From an uncultured Acidobacteriota bacterium (GTDB taxonomy: Bacteria; Acidobacteriota; Thermoanaerobaculia; Gp7-AA8), in contig CAVUKB010000004.1 of the NCBI GenBank assembly GCA_963741955.1, positions 512,001 through 576,000 of the forward strand: a stretch of 64,000 nt of DNA. Direction: 5' to 3'. The notes below the pieces were generated by a model. That model ran no database searches. It was not told the origin of the DNA and was given only the letters and a program-made list of their open reading frames with translations. Below are positions 36,650 through 47,174 of the stretch, in pieces. Position numbers and translations under genes: made by a program. The first letter of the stretch is position 1, and the number at the start of each line of letters is the position of its first letter.

Positions 36650-37354
36650 GTGAAGGAACGACTGATTCTTTTCGACATCGACGGCACCCTCGTTCTCGAC
36701 GACGGCGCAGCGCGCGGAGCGTTCGCGTGGGCACTCCGGGAAGCGTATGGATTCGCTGAGCCGATCCGCGGTTACGACTTTTCGGGAAAGACCGATCCCG
36801 AGATCGCCACGACGATCCTCCGCGACCACGGGATGGGCGACGACGAGATCAACGGCGGACTCCGCCGTCTCTGGGACGCGTATCTCGAAAAGCTCGCCCT
36901 CTACGTCTGCCGGGAGCGGGTGCGCGTTCTCGACGGAGTGACGGAGCTTCTCTCCATTCTGGAACGCGAATCGGCGACCCTCGCGCTCCTCACCGGGAAC
37001 ATCGAGCCGGGCGCGAGGATCAAGCTCGGCTCGCACGGGTTGAACCGCTACTTCCCGTTCGGAGCGTTCGGCAGCGACTCGATGCACCGCCAGGAGCTTC
37101 CCCCCATCGCACTGCGGCGCGCGGCCGAGCATCACGGCCGCCCTTTCGCCATGGAGAATGTCGTGATCATCGGCGATTCGATTCACGACGTCCGCTGTGG
37201 TGTCCCTCACGGCGCGATCACCATTGCGGTGGCGAGCGGAAGGACGCCGGCCGAGACGCTCCAGGCGGAACGTCCGGACTTCCTGTTCCACTCGCTGGAG
37301 CCGACGGAAGAACTGCTCGACGCAGTGCTGCGCTGGCAGAGAGCGGTTGACTGA
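36650..37354 (+). CDS. HAD family hydrolase
   Basis: LFDIDGTL, GKTDPEI, LLTGN, IIGDSIHDV. Confidence 0.9.
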   Translation: MKERLILFDIDGTLVLDDGAARGAFAWALREAYGFAEPIRGYDFSGKTDPEIATTILRDHGMGDDEINGGLRRLWDAYLEKLALYVCRERVRVLDGVTELLSILERESATLALLTGNIEPGARIKLGSHGLNRYFPFGAFGSDSMHRQELPPIALRRAAEHHGRPFAMENVVIIGDSIHDVRCGVPHGAITIAVASGRTPAETLQAERPDFLFHSLEPTEELLDAVLRWQRAVD

Positions 37355-37409
37355 TCGCGCTCCTCGCATGCGCGTCTGAGCGCCGTATTCGGCCCGCGAG
37401 CGGTGGGAT

Positions 37410-37919
37410 TCAGAGGACGATCGTGTAGGCGAGAGTGGAGAGATCGGGCATCCGGTCGAGGTAGACCTGACCCCTGGTGTGGTCGATCTCGTGCTGGAAG
37501 ATCCGCGCCAGATAGTCTTCGATCACCATCTCCGCTTCGTTTCCTTCCGGGTCGATGCCGTGCACGCGAATCTTCCGGTAACGGGGAACCTCGCCGCCGA
37601 GGAACGGGACGCTGAGACAGCCTTCCCAGTCCAGAACCTTTTCGTCTCCCTCTGGTTCGTACGTCGCGTTGAAGAATGCGCCGCGAACGGACTGCATGCT
37701 CTTGCGCCGGGCGGTCTCCTTTTCCAGTTCGAAGACGAAGACCCGCAGCGGGAGGTGCACCTGGGGCCCCGCGAGGCCGACTCCCTGATAGGCGTGCATC
37801 GTCTCCATCATGTCTTCGATCAGCTGGTCGTACTTGCCGTTCCGGATGTCGTCGACCTCTGCATCCTGCGACTGCTGCCGCAGGACCGGATGTCCGAGCC
37901 GTGAGACTTTGAGAATCAT
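37410..37919 (-). CDS. def: Peptide deformylase
   Basis: GVGLAGPQ, EGCLS and QHEIDH motifs. Confidence 0.96.
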   Translation of the reverse strand: MILKVSRLGHPVLRQQSQDAEVDDIRNGKYDQLIEDMMETMHAYQGVGLAGPQVHLPLRVFVFELEKETARRKSMQSVRGAFFNATYEPEGDEKVLDWEGCLSVPFLGGEVPRYRKIRVHGIDPEGNEAEMVIEDYLARIFQHEIDHTRGQVYLDRMPDLSTLAYTIVL

Positions 37920-37950
37920 GCGTTCCTCCGTTTCGGATCTCGTTTCGCGG

Positions 37951-39090
37951 TCACGCACCTGCAGCAGCGTGCAGCTTCGAGAGCGTGCCGATGATCCGCC
38001 CGGCTGCCTGGTGGATCTCTTCTCCGGTGGTATAGCGTGACAGCGAGAAGCGGACCGTGCCGACCGCGTAATCTCGAGGGGTTCCCATCGCGAGCATCAC
38101 CCCGCTCGGTTCGGCTCTTCCGGAATGACATGCCGCGCCAGCGGAACAGCAGATTCCCTCTGTGTCGAATGCGGCGACGAGGTGGTCCGCACGAAGGCCG
38201 CGGAACGACATGCTCGCCGTGTTCGGCAGGCGTGTCTGGGCGGCTCCGTTGACCCGCACGTCCCCGCCGGACGCGAGGACGCGCTCTTCGAGACGGTCAC
38301 GATGCCGCTGCACCTCCTTCTGGTGGGGCAGCAGCTCCAAAGCGAGCGAACAGGCACGCCCGAGTCCTGCGATCAGCGGGACCGGCTCGGTGCCTGATCG
38401 GAGGCCGTTCTCCTGGCCGCCGCCGCGCCAGATCGGCTCGAGAGCGATGCCGCGTCGAATGAAGAGAGCACCGATTCCCTTCGGCGCGTGGAACTTGTGT
38501 CCGGAGATGGAGAGGAGATCGGCGCCGAGCAGATCGACGTCGATCGCGACCTTTCCCGCGGCCTGTACGGCGTCGACGTGAACGAGAGCGCCGTGTTCGT
38601 GTGCGATCGCCGCAACCGCCGCCACGTCGTGAATCACTCCGGTCTCATTCTGGGCGAGCATGACCGAGACGAGCGCCGTTCCGTCGTCGACCGCGTCTCT
38701 CATCGCGTCGAGGTCGAGAGCGCCATCGGGAGTGACGGGAGTCACCTCCAGCTCGATCGAGCCGTCGCCGGCAAGCTCGTGCAGCATCGCGAGGACGGAC
38801 GGATGCTCCACCGCAGTGGTGACGATCTTCGGGCGATCCGCACGCGACGCGAACGAGCGGAGCACCAGAGCGTTCGATTCGGTCCCGCAACTGGTGAACG
38901 CGATCGACTCCGCTCGCGCGCCGAGGAGCCGCGCCACCTCGGATCGCGCATTCTCGACCAGATCGTGGGCCGCTCGGCCGAGTGCGTGCGGGGAATGCGG
39001 ATTCCCGTAGATCTCCCGATACGCGGGAGTCATCGCGTCGACCACTTCGTCTGCGACGCGGGTGGTGGCGTTGTTGTCGAGATAGATCAT
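37951..39090 (-). CDS. Cysteine desulfurase (IscS/NifS family)
   Basis: MIYLDNNATT, GNPHS, HVDAVQAAGK, SGHKFHAPKG, SAGAACHS. Confidence 0.93.
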   Translation of the reverse strand: MIYLDNNATTRVADEVVDAMTPAYREIYGNPHSPHALGRAAHDLVENARSEVARLLGARAESIAFTSCGTESNALVLRSFASRADRPKIVTTAVEHPSVLAMLHELAGDGSIELEVTPVTPDGALDLDAMRDAVDDGTALVSVMLAQNETGVIHDVAAVAAIAHEHGALVHVDAVQAAGKVAIDVDLLGADLLSISGHKFHAPKGIGALFIRRGIALEPIWRGGGQENGLRSGTEPVPLIAGLGRACSLALELLPHQKEVQRHRDRLEERVLASGGDVRVNGAAQTRLPNTASMSFRGLRADHLVAAFDTEGICCSAGAACHSGRAEPSGVMLAMGTPRDYAVGTVRFSLSRYTTGEEIHQAAGRIIGTLSKLHAAAGA

Positions 39091-39137
39091 CGACGGCTCT
39101 CCTGACTCATGGCGATCGCCCGAACCGGGCGGCGGTG

Positions 39138-39599
39138 TCACATGTCGCGGAAGAAGGCGTCCGGGTCTTCGGCGAACGAGTCGTACTCGTTCTGGATCGC
39201 CACTTTGTGCTTCCACTCGAACTCGGCGAGCTCGAGGAAGAGAGACCGTAGCATGCCGGTCTGGGCGCGTTCGGCCATGAAGCGGAAATTGCTCTCCGCA
39301 TCGCGCTCTCTCTCGAGCACGATCTTCAGTGCCCGCCGCATGTCGAGGTCCCACAGGTCGACCGGAAGCTCCACCGTCGGCGCCATCACCTCGGGAGGCT
39401 GCTGGCCGACCGCTTCGCGGTAGCGCTTCTCGAGCTTCGCTCGATGAGAGATCTCCTCGTCCGCGAGTGCGAGGAGGCGCATTCGGACCTCTTCCGTTCC
39501 GGCGCGCTCTGCCAGCTTCGTGAGGAATTGGCGAGATTCGATCTCGGCAGCAATCGCGTCGTGAAGGACTTCTCTGACGGTCGTCTCGAGTGGCTTCAT
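39138..39599 (-). CDS. Ferritin-like / rubrerythrin di-iron domain protein
   Basis: AIAAEIESRQF...LADEEISH and ERERDAESNF...LAEFEWKH (two ExxH motifs). Confidence 0.8.
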   Translation of the reverse strand: MKPLETTVREVLHDAIAAEIESRQFLTKLAERAGTEEVRMRLLALADEEISHRAKLEKRYREAVGQQPPEVMAPTVELPVDLWDLDMRRALKIVLERERDAESNFRFMAERAQTGMLRSLFLELAEFEWKHKVAIQNEYDSFAEDPDAFFRDM

Positions 39600-39655
39600 C
39601 GGAGCCCGGACATCATACCTTCATCCGAACGGATTCGGCACCGGGAAGGACTTCG

Positions 39656-40288
39656 TCAGCTCTTCGACTCGCCCCGATAGAGATCCGGATTGGGAGGAGC
39701 GTCGTCGGCGAAAGGCGCTTTACGGATCGGCTGGCCGAGTCCGGTGCCTCCCGCGGTGCCGACCTTCTCGAGCTTTCCGTAGTACGGACGCCAACCCATC
39801 GGCGCAACGGGAAAGTTCGGAGGAACCACCAGGTCGCGAAGGCCGACCACCGAACGGGCGCGTGTGTCGATCGCCATCTCGTAATCGCGCGTCATGTAGA
39901 TCGCATCCTCGGGACAGGCATCGACGCAGTACCCGCAGAAGACGCAGCGGAGCAGGTCGATATCGTATCGGATCGGGAACTTTTCGCGCGTCCGCTCGTC
40001 TTCGCCGGCCTCGATGGTGATGCACTCGGCGGGGCAGGCGGTGGAGCACATGTAGCATGCGACACAGCGGGTGGTCCCATCTTCACGGGCGGTGAGAATG
40101 TGGCGTCCGCGGAACCTCTCCGAGTAGATGCGCTTGACCTCGGGATACGAGATGGTCGGCAGTCCCTTGAGATTGAACAGATTCTTCAGCAGGTGACCGA
40201 GGGTTACAAACATTCCTCCGATCACCTGAGGGAGGTACAGCCGCTCCCAGAAGCTCAACTTGCGTCTTTCGACTTTGATTACGCCCAT
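39656..40288 (-). CDS. nuoI: NADH-quinone oxidoreductase subunit I
   Basis: TISYPE, FRGRH, CVACYMCSTACP and CVFCGYCVDACP. Confidence 0.93.
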   Translation of the reverse strand: MGVIKVERRKLSFWERLYLPQVIGGMFVTLGHLLKNLFNLKGLPTISYPEVKRIYSERFRGRHILTAREDGTTRCVACYMCSTACPAECITIEAGEDERTREKFPIRYDIDLLRCVFCGYCVDACPEDAIYMTRDYEMAIDTRARSVVGLRDLVVPPNFPVAPMGWRPYYGKLEKVGTAGGTGLGQPIRKAPFADDAPPNPDLYRGESKS

Positions 40289-40340
40289 CGTTCACCAGTT
40301 CTCGTTTCGTTCAGGTTCTGCCGTGTGTGCGAGACGTCCA

Positions 40341-42113
40341 CTATCGATCGAGCTCGCCCGCGATGATGTTCATCGATCCGAGCGCGGCGACGGCGTCGGG
40401 AATGGTCTGACCGGTGACCATCTTGCCGAAGGCCTGATAGATGGCGAAGCAGGGAGGACGCACACGGACACGGTACGGATTCTTCGTGCCGTCGGAGACG
40501 ACGTGGAATCCGAGCTCGCCGTTTCCACCTTCGACCTGGAAGTACGCTTCGCCCACCGGCGGCTGAATGCCGTGCATGATCAGCTTGAAGTGGTAGATCA
40601 GCGATTCCATCTCGTTGTAGACCTTCTCCTTCGGAGGAAGGGCGACGTACGGATTGCTCACGATGACCGGACCGGGAGGAAGTCCGCGATCGAGAGCCTG
40701 TTTGAGGATCCGCAGCGACTGACGCATCTCTTCCATCCGCACCAGGTAGCGGGCGAGAGTGTCGCCTCCGTCCGCGATCGGGATGTCGAAGTCGTACGTG
40801 TCGTAGCCGAGGTAGGGATTTGCTTTCCGGACGTCGTAGGGGACGCCGCAGGCGCGGAGGCAGGGGCCGGTGAAGCCGTACTGGATGGCGTCTTCCTTCG
40901 AGATCGGGGCGATGCCCTCGACCCGCTCGTGGAAGATCCGGTTGCGGGTGACCAGCGCCTCCACGTCGTCGAGGTGCTTCGGAATCGACTCGACGACCCG
41001 TCGCGTGTTCTCCATGAAGTCGGCCGGTGCGTCGACCGCGAGGCCGCCTACGCGAGTGTAGGTGGGCAAGAGGCGCGCGCCGCAGCACGACTCGACCAGA
41101 CCGTAGATCTCCTCGCGAGGCTGGAAGAGGTACCAGAAGTTGGTCAGCGCACCCATGTCGACCAGGTTCGTTCCGATGCAGACGAGGTGGTCGGCGATGC
41201 GCATCAGCTCGGAAAGAATCAGCCGGATGGCCTGGGCTCGAGGTGGGGCTTCGATGCCGAGAAGCTTCTCGACCGTCATGCAGTAGCCGACGTTGTTGAT
41301 GATCGCCGACATGTAGTTGAGGCGGTCGGTGAAGGGGATCACCTGCTGGTACGTGTGGGTCTCGGCCATCTTTTCGAAACAGCGGTGGAGGTACCCGATC
41401 TCCTGATCGGCGCCGACGATCCTCTCGCCGTCGAGCGTGACCACCAGCCGCAGGGTTCCGTGGGTGGCAGGATGTGACGGACCGAGGTTCAGGGTCACCT
41501 GTTCGGAATCGGGGTGCTGCAATTCTTCGGGTACGACCGGGGTGAACTGCGCGACGTCCTTTTCGGTGAGGAGCCAGCGCTGCGCCGGGTCGTAATCCTT
41601 CCGTAGCGCGTGACCGCGGAACGCCTCGTGGGTGAGGATCCGCCGAAGGTTCGGATGCCCATCGAAGCGGACACCGTACATGTCGAACACTTCTCGCTCG
41701 AACCAGTCGTGGCCTTTGAAGACCGAGATCGTGGAAGGAACGGAGTGTTCCTCGTCCGTCCGGACCTTCAGTCGCACCCGCTCGTTGCTCTTCAGCGAGA
41801 GGAGCGAGTAGACGATCTCGAATCGTTCTTCCCGGCCGGGATAGTCGACCCCGAAAAGGTCGAGGGGCATGGTGAACTGGAGCTCGGGATCGTCCCGGAG
41901 CGCGGTGAGGACCTGACCGATGTGCTCGCGCTCGACGAGGAAGGTCGGCATGTCCGCTCCCGCTTCGCGGGTGACGGCAGGCGACTTGATCCGCGCCTCG
42001 ATCTCCTCGGCGCGCTGGTCGATCTTCTCGACGCCCGCCGGGACGTACGACTCGCGATTGGTCGGCGCGGGTCCGGTGTAGGGAATGGAGCTGTACTTCG
42101 TGGTGGTGCTCAT
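40341..42113 (-). CDS. nuoCD: NADH-quinone oxidoreductase fused subunit C/D
   Basis: [11 protein letters not shown]...HPNLRRILT (NuoC), [29 protein letters not shown], terminal GELDR (NuoD). Confidence 0.95.
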   Translation of the reverse strand: MSTTTKYSSIPYTGPAPTNRESYVPAGVEKIDQRAEEIEARIKSPAVTREAGADMPTFLVEREHIGQVLTALRDDPELQFTMPLDLFGVDYPGREERFEIVYSLLSLKSNERVRLKVRTDEEHSVPSTISVFKGHDWFEREVFDMYGVRFDGHPNLRRILTHEAFRGHALRKDYDPAQRWLLTEKDVAQFTPVVPEELQHPDSEQVTLNLGPSHPATHGTLRLVVTLDGERIVGADQEIGYLHRCFEKMAETHTYQQVIPFTDRLNYMSAIINNVGYCMTVEKLLGIEAPPRAQAIRLILSELMRIADHLVCIGTNLVDMGALTNFWYLFQPREEIYGLVESCCGARLLPTYTRVGGLAVDAPADFMENTRRVVESIPKHLDDVEALVTRNRIFHERVEGIAPISKEDAIQYGFTGPCLRACGVPYDVRKANPYLGYDTYDFDIPIADGGDTLARYLVRMEEMRQSLRILKQALDRGLPPGPVIVSNPYVALPPKEKVYNEMESLIYHFKLIMHGIQPPVGEAYFQVEGGNGELGFHVVSDGTKNPYRVRVRPPCFAIYQAFGKMVTGQTIPDAVAALGSMNIIAGELDR

Positions 42114-42697
42114 CGCCGGATCTCACCCCGCTCGATCTTTTCCTTCAGTTTGAGAATGCCGTAGATCAGGCCCTCGGGAGTCGGCGGGCATCCGGGCACC
42201 CAGATGTCGACCGGGATGACTTCGTCGATCCCCTGGACCACGTGGTAGGCGCGGTAGAAGCCGCCCGAAGTGGCACAGGCACCCATGGAGACGACGTAGC
42301 GCGGCTCGGGCATCTGATCGTAGATCTTCTTGAGGACCGGGGCCATCTTGTCGACGATGGTTCCGGCCACGATCATCAGATCGGCCTGTCGCGGCGAGAA
42401 CCGGACCACTTCGGCGCCGAATCGGGCAATGTCGTAGTGCGAAGAGACTGTCGACATGAACTCGATCGCGCAGCAGGCGGTGCCGAACGGGAGAGGCCAG
42501 AGGGAGTTGCCTCGGGACCAGTTCACCATCGTCTCCAGCCGGGTGGTGATGACGTTTCCGAGCTCTTCGTAGCCGGGAGCCTTTCTCGCGGATTCGCCGG
42601 CGAGGGTGATCAATCCCTTCTCGGGACCTTCGCCGGGGAGCTGATTGCGTTTCCGGCCGATGATCGAATCTGGTGCATCTACTTTCTTGATCGCCAT
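42110..42697 (-). CDS. nuoB: NADH-quinone oxidoreductase subunit B
   Basis: [27 protein letters not shown]. Confidence 0.95.
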   Translation of the reverse strand: MAIKKVDAPDSIIGRKRNQLPGEGPEKGLITLAGESARKAPGYEELGNVITTRLETMVNWSRGNSLWPLPFGTACCAIEFMSTVSSHYDIARFGAEVVRFSPRQADLMIVAGTIVDKMAPVLKKIYDQMPEPRYVVSMGACATSGGFYRAYHVVQGIDEVIPVDIWVPGCPPTPEGLIYGILKLKEKIERGEIRR

Positions 42698-42916
42698 TTA
42701 GCTTTCCGTTCCCGATTTCGTCCGCGGTTCGGACAAGAGTCGGAATTTTAAGCGCATGAGAAATTTTTCACAAGACGTGTAACCGGCCGGCGAGGGAAAC
42801 CTATTGCATGAGGGTCGCGATCCGGCGGGCCGTCTCCTTCGGCCGCGCCGGATCGCAAGTCTCCAACGGTTCGAGGCTGAAGCAAGCAAATCGCGCGCCG
42901 CTGTGGAAGGCGCGTC

Positions 42917-42925
42917 TGCTATACT
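42917..42925 (+). promoter_or_regulatory. Putative extended -10 promoter of zapA
   Basis: TGcTATACT 23 nt upstream of the zapA ATG. Confidence 0.5.
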
Positions 42926-42948
42926 CCCGGCACAGTAAGGCAAGGTCC

Positions 42949-43263
42949 ATGAATCGAAAAAACGATTCGATATCAGTCGAAATTTATGGCCAGACATACA
43001 ATGTTCGCGGGGAGGGAGACCCGGCGTATCTGACGGAGCTTGCGGAGTTTGTCGACGCGAGAATGCGTGAAGTCGCTTCTCGTGTTTCGACGATCGAACC
43101 GGCGAAAATCGCGATTCTCGCGGCGCTCAACATCGCCGACGAGTTCTTCCGATTCCGGAAAACGCAGGAGTCCGCGGTCGGTCGGTGGATGGAGACAACG
43201 GAAGATCTGGTGGAGAAACTCGGCGTGACGCTTGCGGAAACGCCGGGGCGGTCTACACTATGA
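42949..43263 (+). CDS. zapA: Cell division protein ZapA
   Basis: VEIYGQTYNVR, LAEFVDARMREV, IAILAALNIADE. Confidence 0.92.
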   Translation: MNRKNDSISVEIYGQTYNVRGEGDPAYLTELAEFVDARMREVASRVSTIEPAKIAILAALNIADEFFRFRKTQESAVGRWMETTEDLVEKLGVTLAETPGRSTL

Positions 43264-43269
43264 ATGATC

Positions 43270-43469
43270 GGAGTCCCTGCGGAGTTCGTGATGAGCAAAT
43301 ACTACTTGAACCAACTCTCTAATTCGGGGAGCTCGCGTCCCGCACCGAGTGCAGGCCTTCGTACTGCAGGAGCAGCGGCGAAGGAAGCCAGATGTGTGCG
43401 GGCAGGGCGCCCACCTGTTTCACGCAGGTTCAATTAGAGGCATCTCACACGGCTCATGCGGGGTACTCC
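43270..43469 (+). ncRNA. ssrS: 6S RNA
   Basis: ~200-nt element between zapA and rny (conserved synteny); closing stem ggagtccctgc / gcgggtactcc, internal ttgaacc / ggttcaa pairing around a central bubble; upstream TTGCGG-16-TACACT promoter at 43232-43259. Confidence 0.85.
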
Positions 43470-43521
43470 GATTTTCATCCTTCCTTGAACCATCCATCCG
43501 GGCCTCCCTTCGGAGGGTTGG

Positions 43522-45084
43522 ATGAATATTCTCGCAACAGCACTCGGCGCCATCGTCGGAGCGGTGATCCTGGCTCTTCTCTGGGCCATGGTCTACCGCA
43601 AGCGTGCGGCGACCCAGATTGAAGAAGCGCGCCGCCATGCCGAGCGCATCGTCGACGATGCGCGGAAGACTGCCGACGCCCGCCTCAAGGAGGCCGATCT
43701 CGAGTCGAAGGAGAAGATGCTCCAGGCTCGGACCGACTTCGAGCGTCAGTCGCGGGAGCGGCGTGACGAACTCAAATCGAGTGAGCGGCGGCTGCAGCAG
43801 AAAGAAGAGAACGTCGACCGGAAGATGCAGCAGCTCGACCGGCGCGAGGGTGATCTCGACAAACGCGAAGAGTCCGCTGCCCAGCGGGAGAAGGTTCTGG
43901 GCGAGCGGGAGACGGAGCTCCAGTCTCTGGTTCAGGAGCAGAGGCACAGGCTCGAACAGATCTCCGGGCTCACCGTGGATCAGGCCAAACAGGAGCTGAT
44001 CCGCGGAATCGAGAACGAAGCCCGGCTCGAAGCGGCAAACCTGATCAAGCGACTGGAGACCGAGGCGGTCGAGCTCGGCGGACAGAAGGCCAAACGGATC
44101 ATCGGCACAGCGATTCAGCGGATGGCCTCGGATTACGTCGCCGAGAACACGGTCGCGGTGGTCGATCTCCCCTCGGAAGACATGAAGGGAAGGATCATCG
44201 GTCGTGAAGGCCGCAACATCCGCGCGCTGGAGCTCGCCACCGGGGTCGACCTGATCGTCGACGACACTCCGGAGGCGGTGATCCTCTCCGGATTCGATCC
44301 GATTCGCCGCGAGGTCGCACGGATCTCACTCGAGCGCCTGATGGCCGATGGCCGGATTCACCCCGCCCGCATCGAAGAAGTGGTCGACAAGGTGCGGGTC
44401 GAACTGGAGGACAAGCTGTTCGAGGAAGGGGAGGCCGCGGCCTTCTCTCTCGGCATCACCGACATTCATCCCGAAGTCCTCCGTCTTCTCGGCCGGCTTC
44501 GCTACCGTACGTCGTACGGTCAGAACGTCCTGATGCACTCACTCGAAGTCGCGCAGCTGGCGGCACTGATGGCGGTCGAGCTGGGAGTCGACGACGAGAT
44601 CGCCAAGCGCGGCGGCCTCCTGCACGACATCGGAAAAGCGATCGACCGCGAGATGGAAGGAACCCACCTCGAGCTCGGACGGCAGGTGCTGGACAAGTAC
44701 GGCGAGCGCCGCGAGATCATCCACGCCATGGAGTGTCATCACGGCGACTACGATCCGCAGACCGTCGAGGCGGTGCTGGTCAACGCCGCCGATGCGCTCT
44801 CCGCGGCCCGACCCGGAGCGAGACGGGAGATTCTCGAGAATTACGTCCATCGCCTCGAACGGCTCGAGTCGATCGCCGACAGCTTCGGAGGCGTCCAGAA
44901 GTCGTTCGCCATCCAGGCCGGCCGCGAGCTTCGCATCATCGTCAACGCAGACAAAGTCACCGACGAGCAGTCGATCCTTCTCTCGCGTGACGTGGCGCGG
45001 CGGATCGAATCCGAGCTGCAGTATCCCGGTCAGATCAAGGTCACCGTCATCCGCGAAACGCGGGCGGTCGACTTCGCGAAGTAG
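43522..45084 (+). CDS. rny: Ribonuclease Y
   Basis: N-terminal TM helix, coiled coil, [18 protein letters not shown] domain LLHDIGK, terminal [12 protein letters not shown]. Confidence 0.97.
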   Translation: MNILATALGAIVGAVILALLWAMVYRKRAATQIEEARRHAERIVDDARKTADARLKEADLESKEKMLQARTDFERQSRERRDELKSSERRLQQKEENVDRKMQQLDRREGDLDKREESAAQREKVLGERETELQSLVQEQRHRLEQISGLTVDQAKQELIRGIENEARLEAANLIKRLETEAVELGGQKAKRIIGTAIQRMASDYVAENTVAVVDLPSEDMKGRIIGREGRNIRALELATGVDLIVDDTPEAVILSGFDPIRREVARISLERLMADGRIHPARIEEVVDKVRVELEDKLFEEGEAAAFSLGITDIHPEVLRLLGRLRYRTSYGQNVLMHSLEVAQLAALMAVELGVDDEIAKRGGLLHDIGKAIDREMEGTHLELGRQVLDKYGERREIIHAMECHHGDYDPQTVEAVLVNAADALSAARPGARREILENYVHRLERLESIADSFGGVQKSFAIQAGRELRIIVNADKVTDEQSILLSRDVARRIESELQYPGQIKVTVIRETRAVDFAK

Positions 45085-45106
45085 CGTACTTACCGAATTG
45101 TCATCC

Positions 45107-45141
45107 GGGCCGCCTGTTTTCGGGCGGCCCTTCTTTCGTTT
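45107..45141 (+). terminator. Rho-independent terminator after rny
   Basis: gggccgcctg-tttt-cgggcggccc stem followed by ttctttcgttt. Confidence 0.7.
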
Positions 45142-45193
45142 ATGATCCATCCCCCCGGGCGGTTCCCGCTCACAGATCGAAAGGGTTTCCGGA

Positions 45194-45982
45194 ATGGTTC
45201 GTCTGCTCTACATCGGCGACACGGTCGGCCAGCCAGGCCGTCGCGCACTTCGCGACCGCCTCGAGACGGTGATCGATCGCGAGATGATCGACTTCACCAT
45301 CGTGAACATCGAGAACGCTGCCGGTGGCTTCGGGGTCACCGACAGCATCATGCACGAGTTGCTGCAGCTCCCCATCGACGTCTTCACCAGCGGTAACCAC
45401 ATCTGGGACAAGAGAGACTTCGTCGAACAGCTCGATCAGTGGGAGACGCTGATCCGCCCCGCCAACTACCCGACCGGGAACCCGGGGAAGGGGCGGGTGG
45501 TCCGTCCCACCGCCACCGGCATCAACGTCGGAGTGGTCCAGGTGATGGGACAGGTCTTCATGCCTCCATGTGAAAACCCTTTCCACGTCGTGGAGCGGGA
45601 GCTCGAGGCTTTGCGGGGTGTGCCGGTGATCCTGGTCGACATCCACTGCGAGGCGACCTCCGAGAAACAGGCCATGGGACGGTTTCTCGACGGCCGCGTC
45701 TCGGCAGTCGTCGGAACGCACACTCACGTGCCGACCGCCGACGAACGGATCCTCCCGAAGGGGACCGGTTTCCAGACCGACGTCGGGATGACCGGAGCGT
45801 ACGATTCGATCATCGGATTCCGCCCCGAGGAGATCCTGGAACGGTTCACACTCTCCACGCCTCGGAAGATGGAGGTCGCCAAGCGCGACATCCGGCTGAC
45901 CGGTGTGATCGTCGACGTCGACGAGGCGACCGGACGCGCGACGAGAATCGCCCGCGTCCAGGAGCGCCTGGACGAGAGCTGA
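45194..45982 (+). CDS. ymdB: YmdB-like metallophosphoesterase
   Basis: IGDTVG, NIENAAGGFG, TSGNHIWD, DIHCEATSEK, GTHTHV, TDVGMTG; follows rny. Confidence 0.93.
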   Translation: MVRLLYIGDTVGQPGRRALRDRLETVIDREMIDFTIVNIENAAGGFGVTDSIMHELLQLPIDVFTSGNHIWDKRDFVEQLDQWETLIRPANYPTGNPGKGRVVRPTATGINVGVVQVMGQVFMPPCENPFHVVERELEALRGVPVILVDIHCEATSEKQAMGRFLDGRVSAVVGTHTHVPTADERILPKGTGFQTDVGMTGAYDSIIGFRPEEILERFTLSTPRKMEVAKRDIRLTGVIVDVDEATGRATRIARVQERLDES

Positions 45983-45983
45983 G

Positions 45984-46649
45984 ATGACCGCGCAGTCGCG
46001 CCGGCTCTCGGTTCTCGTGTTCGACACAAAGGATTCCGATCGCGTTCGGACGTTTCCGGATCCGGGCGAATGGGAGATCTGCCCGATCGCTTTCTCGCCG
46101 GACGAGATCCCGTGGCGCACCGCCGCCCGGGCCATGGACGCGGCATCCCACGATTGGATTCTCCTGATCCACGAAAATGAAGAGATGACCCCTGCGCTTG
46201 CACGCGAGATCGTGCGAGCGATCGGGGAGACCCCGAAGGCGTGGGGGTATCGAATCCGATCCGAACCGACATACGCGGGGCGGCCACTCCGATTCGGACT
46301 CTCTGAAGACGCCGGAAGCATCCGGCTCCTTCATCGCCGCCATGGGAGGTTCCGCGGAGGGGGGCCCGACGGCCTGGAGCCGTGGGTTCAGGGAACGGTG
46401 ATCCGTCTCGGGGAGCCGCTCCGCCGCGTGGTGTATGAAAGCACGGGAGCGCACCGGGCCGCTCTGGCTGCGACGGCTCCCCCGCACTCACTCCTCCGCC
46501 ACATTCTCCTTTTCCTGCGGAACGGCGTCCGGAGCGGAAGCCTGTGGCGAAGTCTCACCACGACGAAGTATCTCTGGATCGAAGCAGGATTCGATCGGGG
46601 ACCGGCGGGCGTAAGGGATTTCCCCGGTGGCGGTCGGAGAGACGAATAG
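45984..46649 (+). CDS. Hypothetical protein resembling a degenerate GT2 glycosyltransferase
   Basis: AASHDWILLIHENEEMTPALAREI...GYRI resembles the GT2 AxxDWILxLDADExxxPxLxxEI segment but lacks DxD. Confidence 0.5.
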   Translation: MTAQSRRLSVLVFDTKDSDRVRTFPDPGEWEICPIAFSPDEIPWRTAARAMDAASHDWILLIHENEEMTPALAREIVRAIGETPKAWGYRIRSEPTYAGRPLRFGLSEDAGSIRLLHRRHGRFRGGGPDGLEPWVQGTVIRLGEPLRRVVYESTGAHRAALAATAPPHSLLRHILLFLRNGVRSGSLWRSLTTTKYLWIEAGFDRGPAGVRDFPGGGRRDE

Positions 46650-46687
46650 TCCCCTTACCCCCGAGGAAATCCCGGTGCAGCAGAATC

Positions 46688-47059
46688 TCAGACCGCGGCG
46701 CGAAGGTCCGGCGGGGGAGTCGTCCCGGTCATCGAGCCGGCCCCGGCCCGGAACTGCCTGGGCGAGACGCCGTATCGCTTCCGGAACTGCTGCCGGAAAT
46801 AATTCTCCGAGTCGAACCCGCAGAGACGCGAGATCTGAGTGACGCGGAGATTTCCGGTGCGAAGGAGCATTGCGGCCTTGTGGAGCCGTTTCCGCTTCAG
46901 GTACTGGCTCAGCAACCGCCCGGTCACGCGGTGGAAACGTCCCGAAACGTACTGCCGCGTGAACCCCAGCTCTCTCGACACGGACTCCACCGTCAGGTCC
47001 TCGTCGTCACGCATACGCCGGCGAACGCATTGGATCAGTGCACGGAGTAACCCGTCCAT
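46688..47059 (-). CDS. Stand-alone AraC-family HTH regulator (MarA/SoxS-like architecture)
   Basis: GGAGG RBS; LTVESVSRELGFTRQYVSGRFHRVTG...RLHKAAMLL...CGFDSENYFRQQFRKRYGVSPRQFR. Confidence 0.88.
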   Translation of the reverse strand: MDGLLRALIQCVRRRMRDDEDLTVESVSRELGFTRQYVSGRFHRVTGRLLSQYLKRKRLHKAAMLLRTGNLRVTQISRLCGFDSENYFRQQFRKRYGVSPRQFRAGAGSMTGTTPPPDLRAAV

Positions 47060-47174
47060 ACTGTAGCCTCCGTTTATAGTGTCTAAGTCCGTCATTCCAT
47101 TACAGCAAGAAAAAGTAAGATTCCGGTGACCGGGAGGCAGACTGGCTTCTGGACATCGCAGACGGGAGGACCGA

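Noticed and set aside
40341-42113. Group 4 [NiFe]-hydrogenase large subunit
   Set aside because: No N- or C-terminal CxxC Ni ligands; ends in GELDR like NuoD.
42949-45982. zapA-6S-rny-ymdB block as a novel system
   Set aside because: Well-known conserved synteny; annotated as features only.
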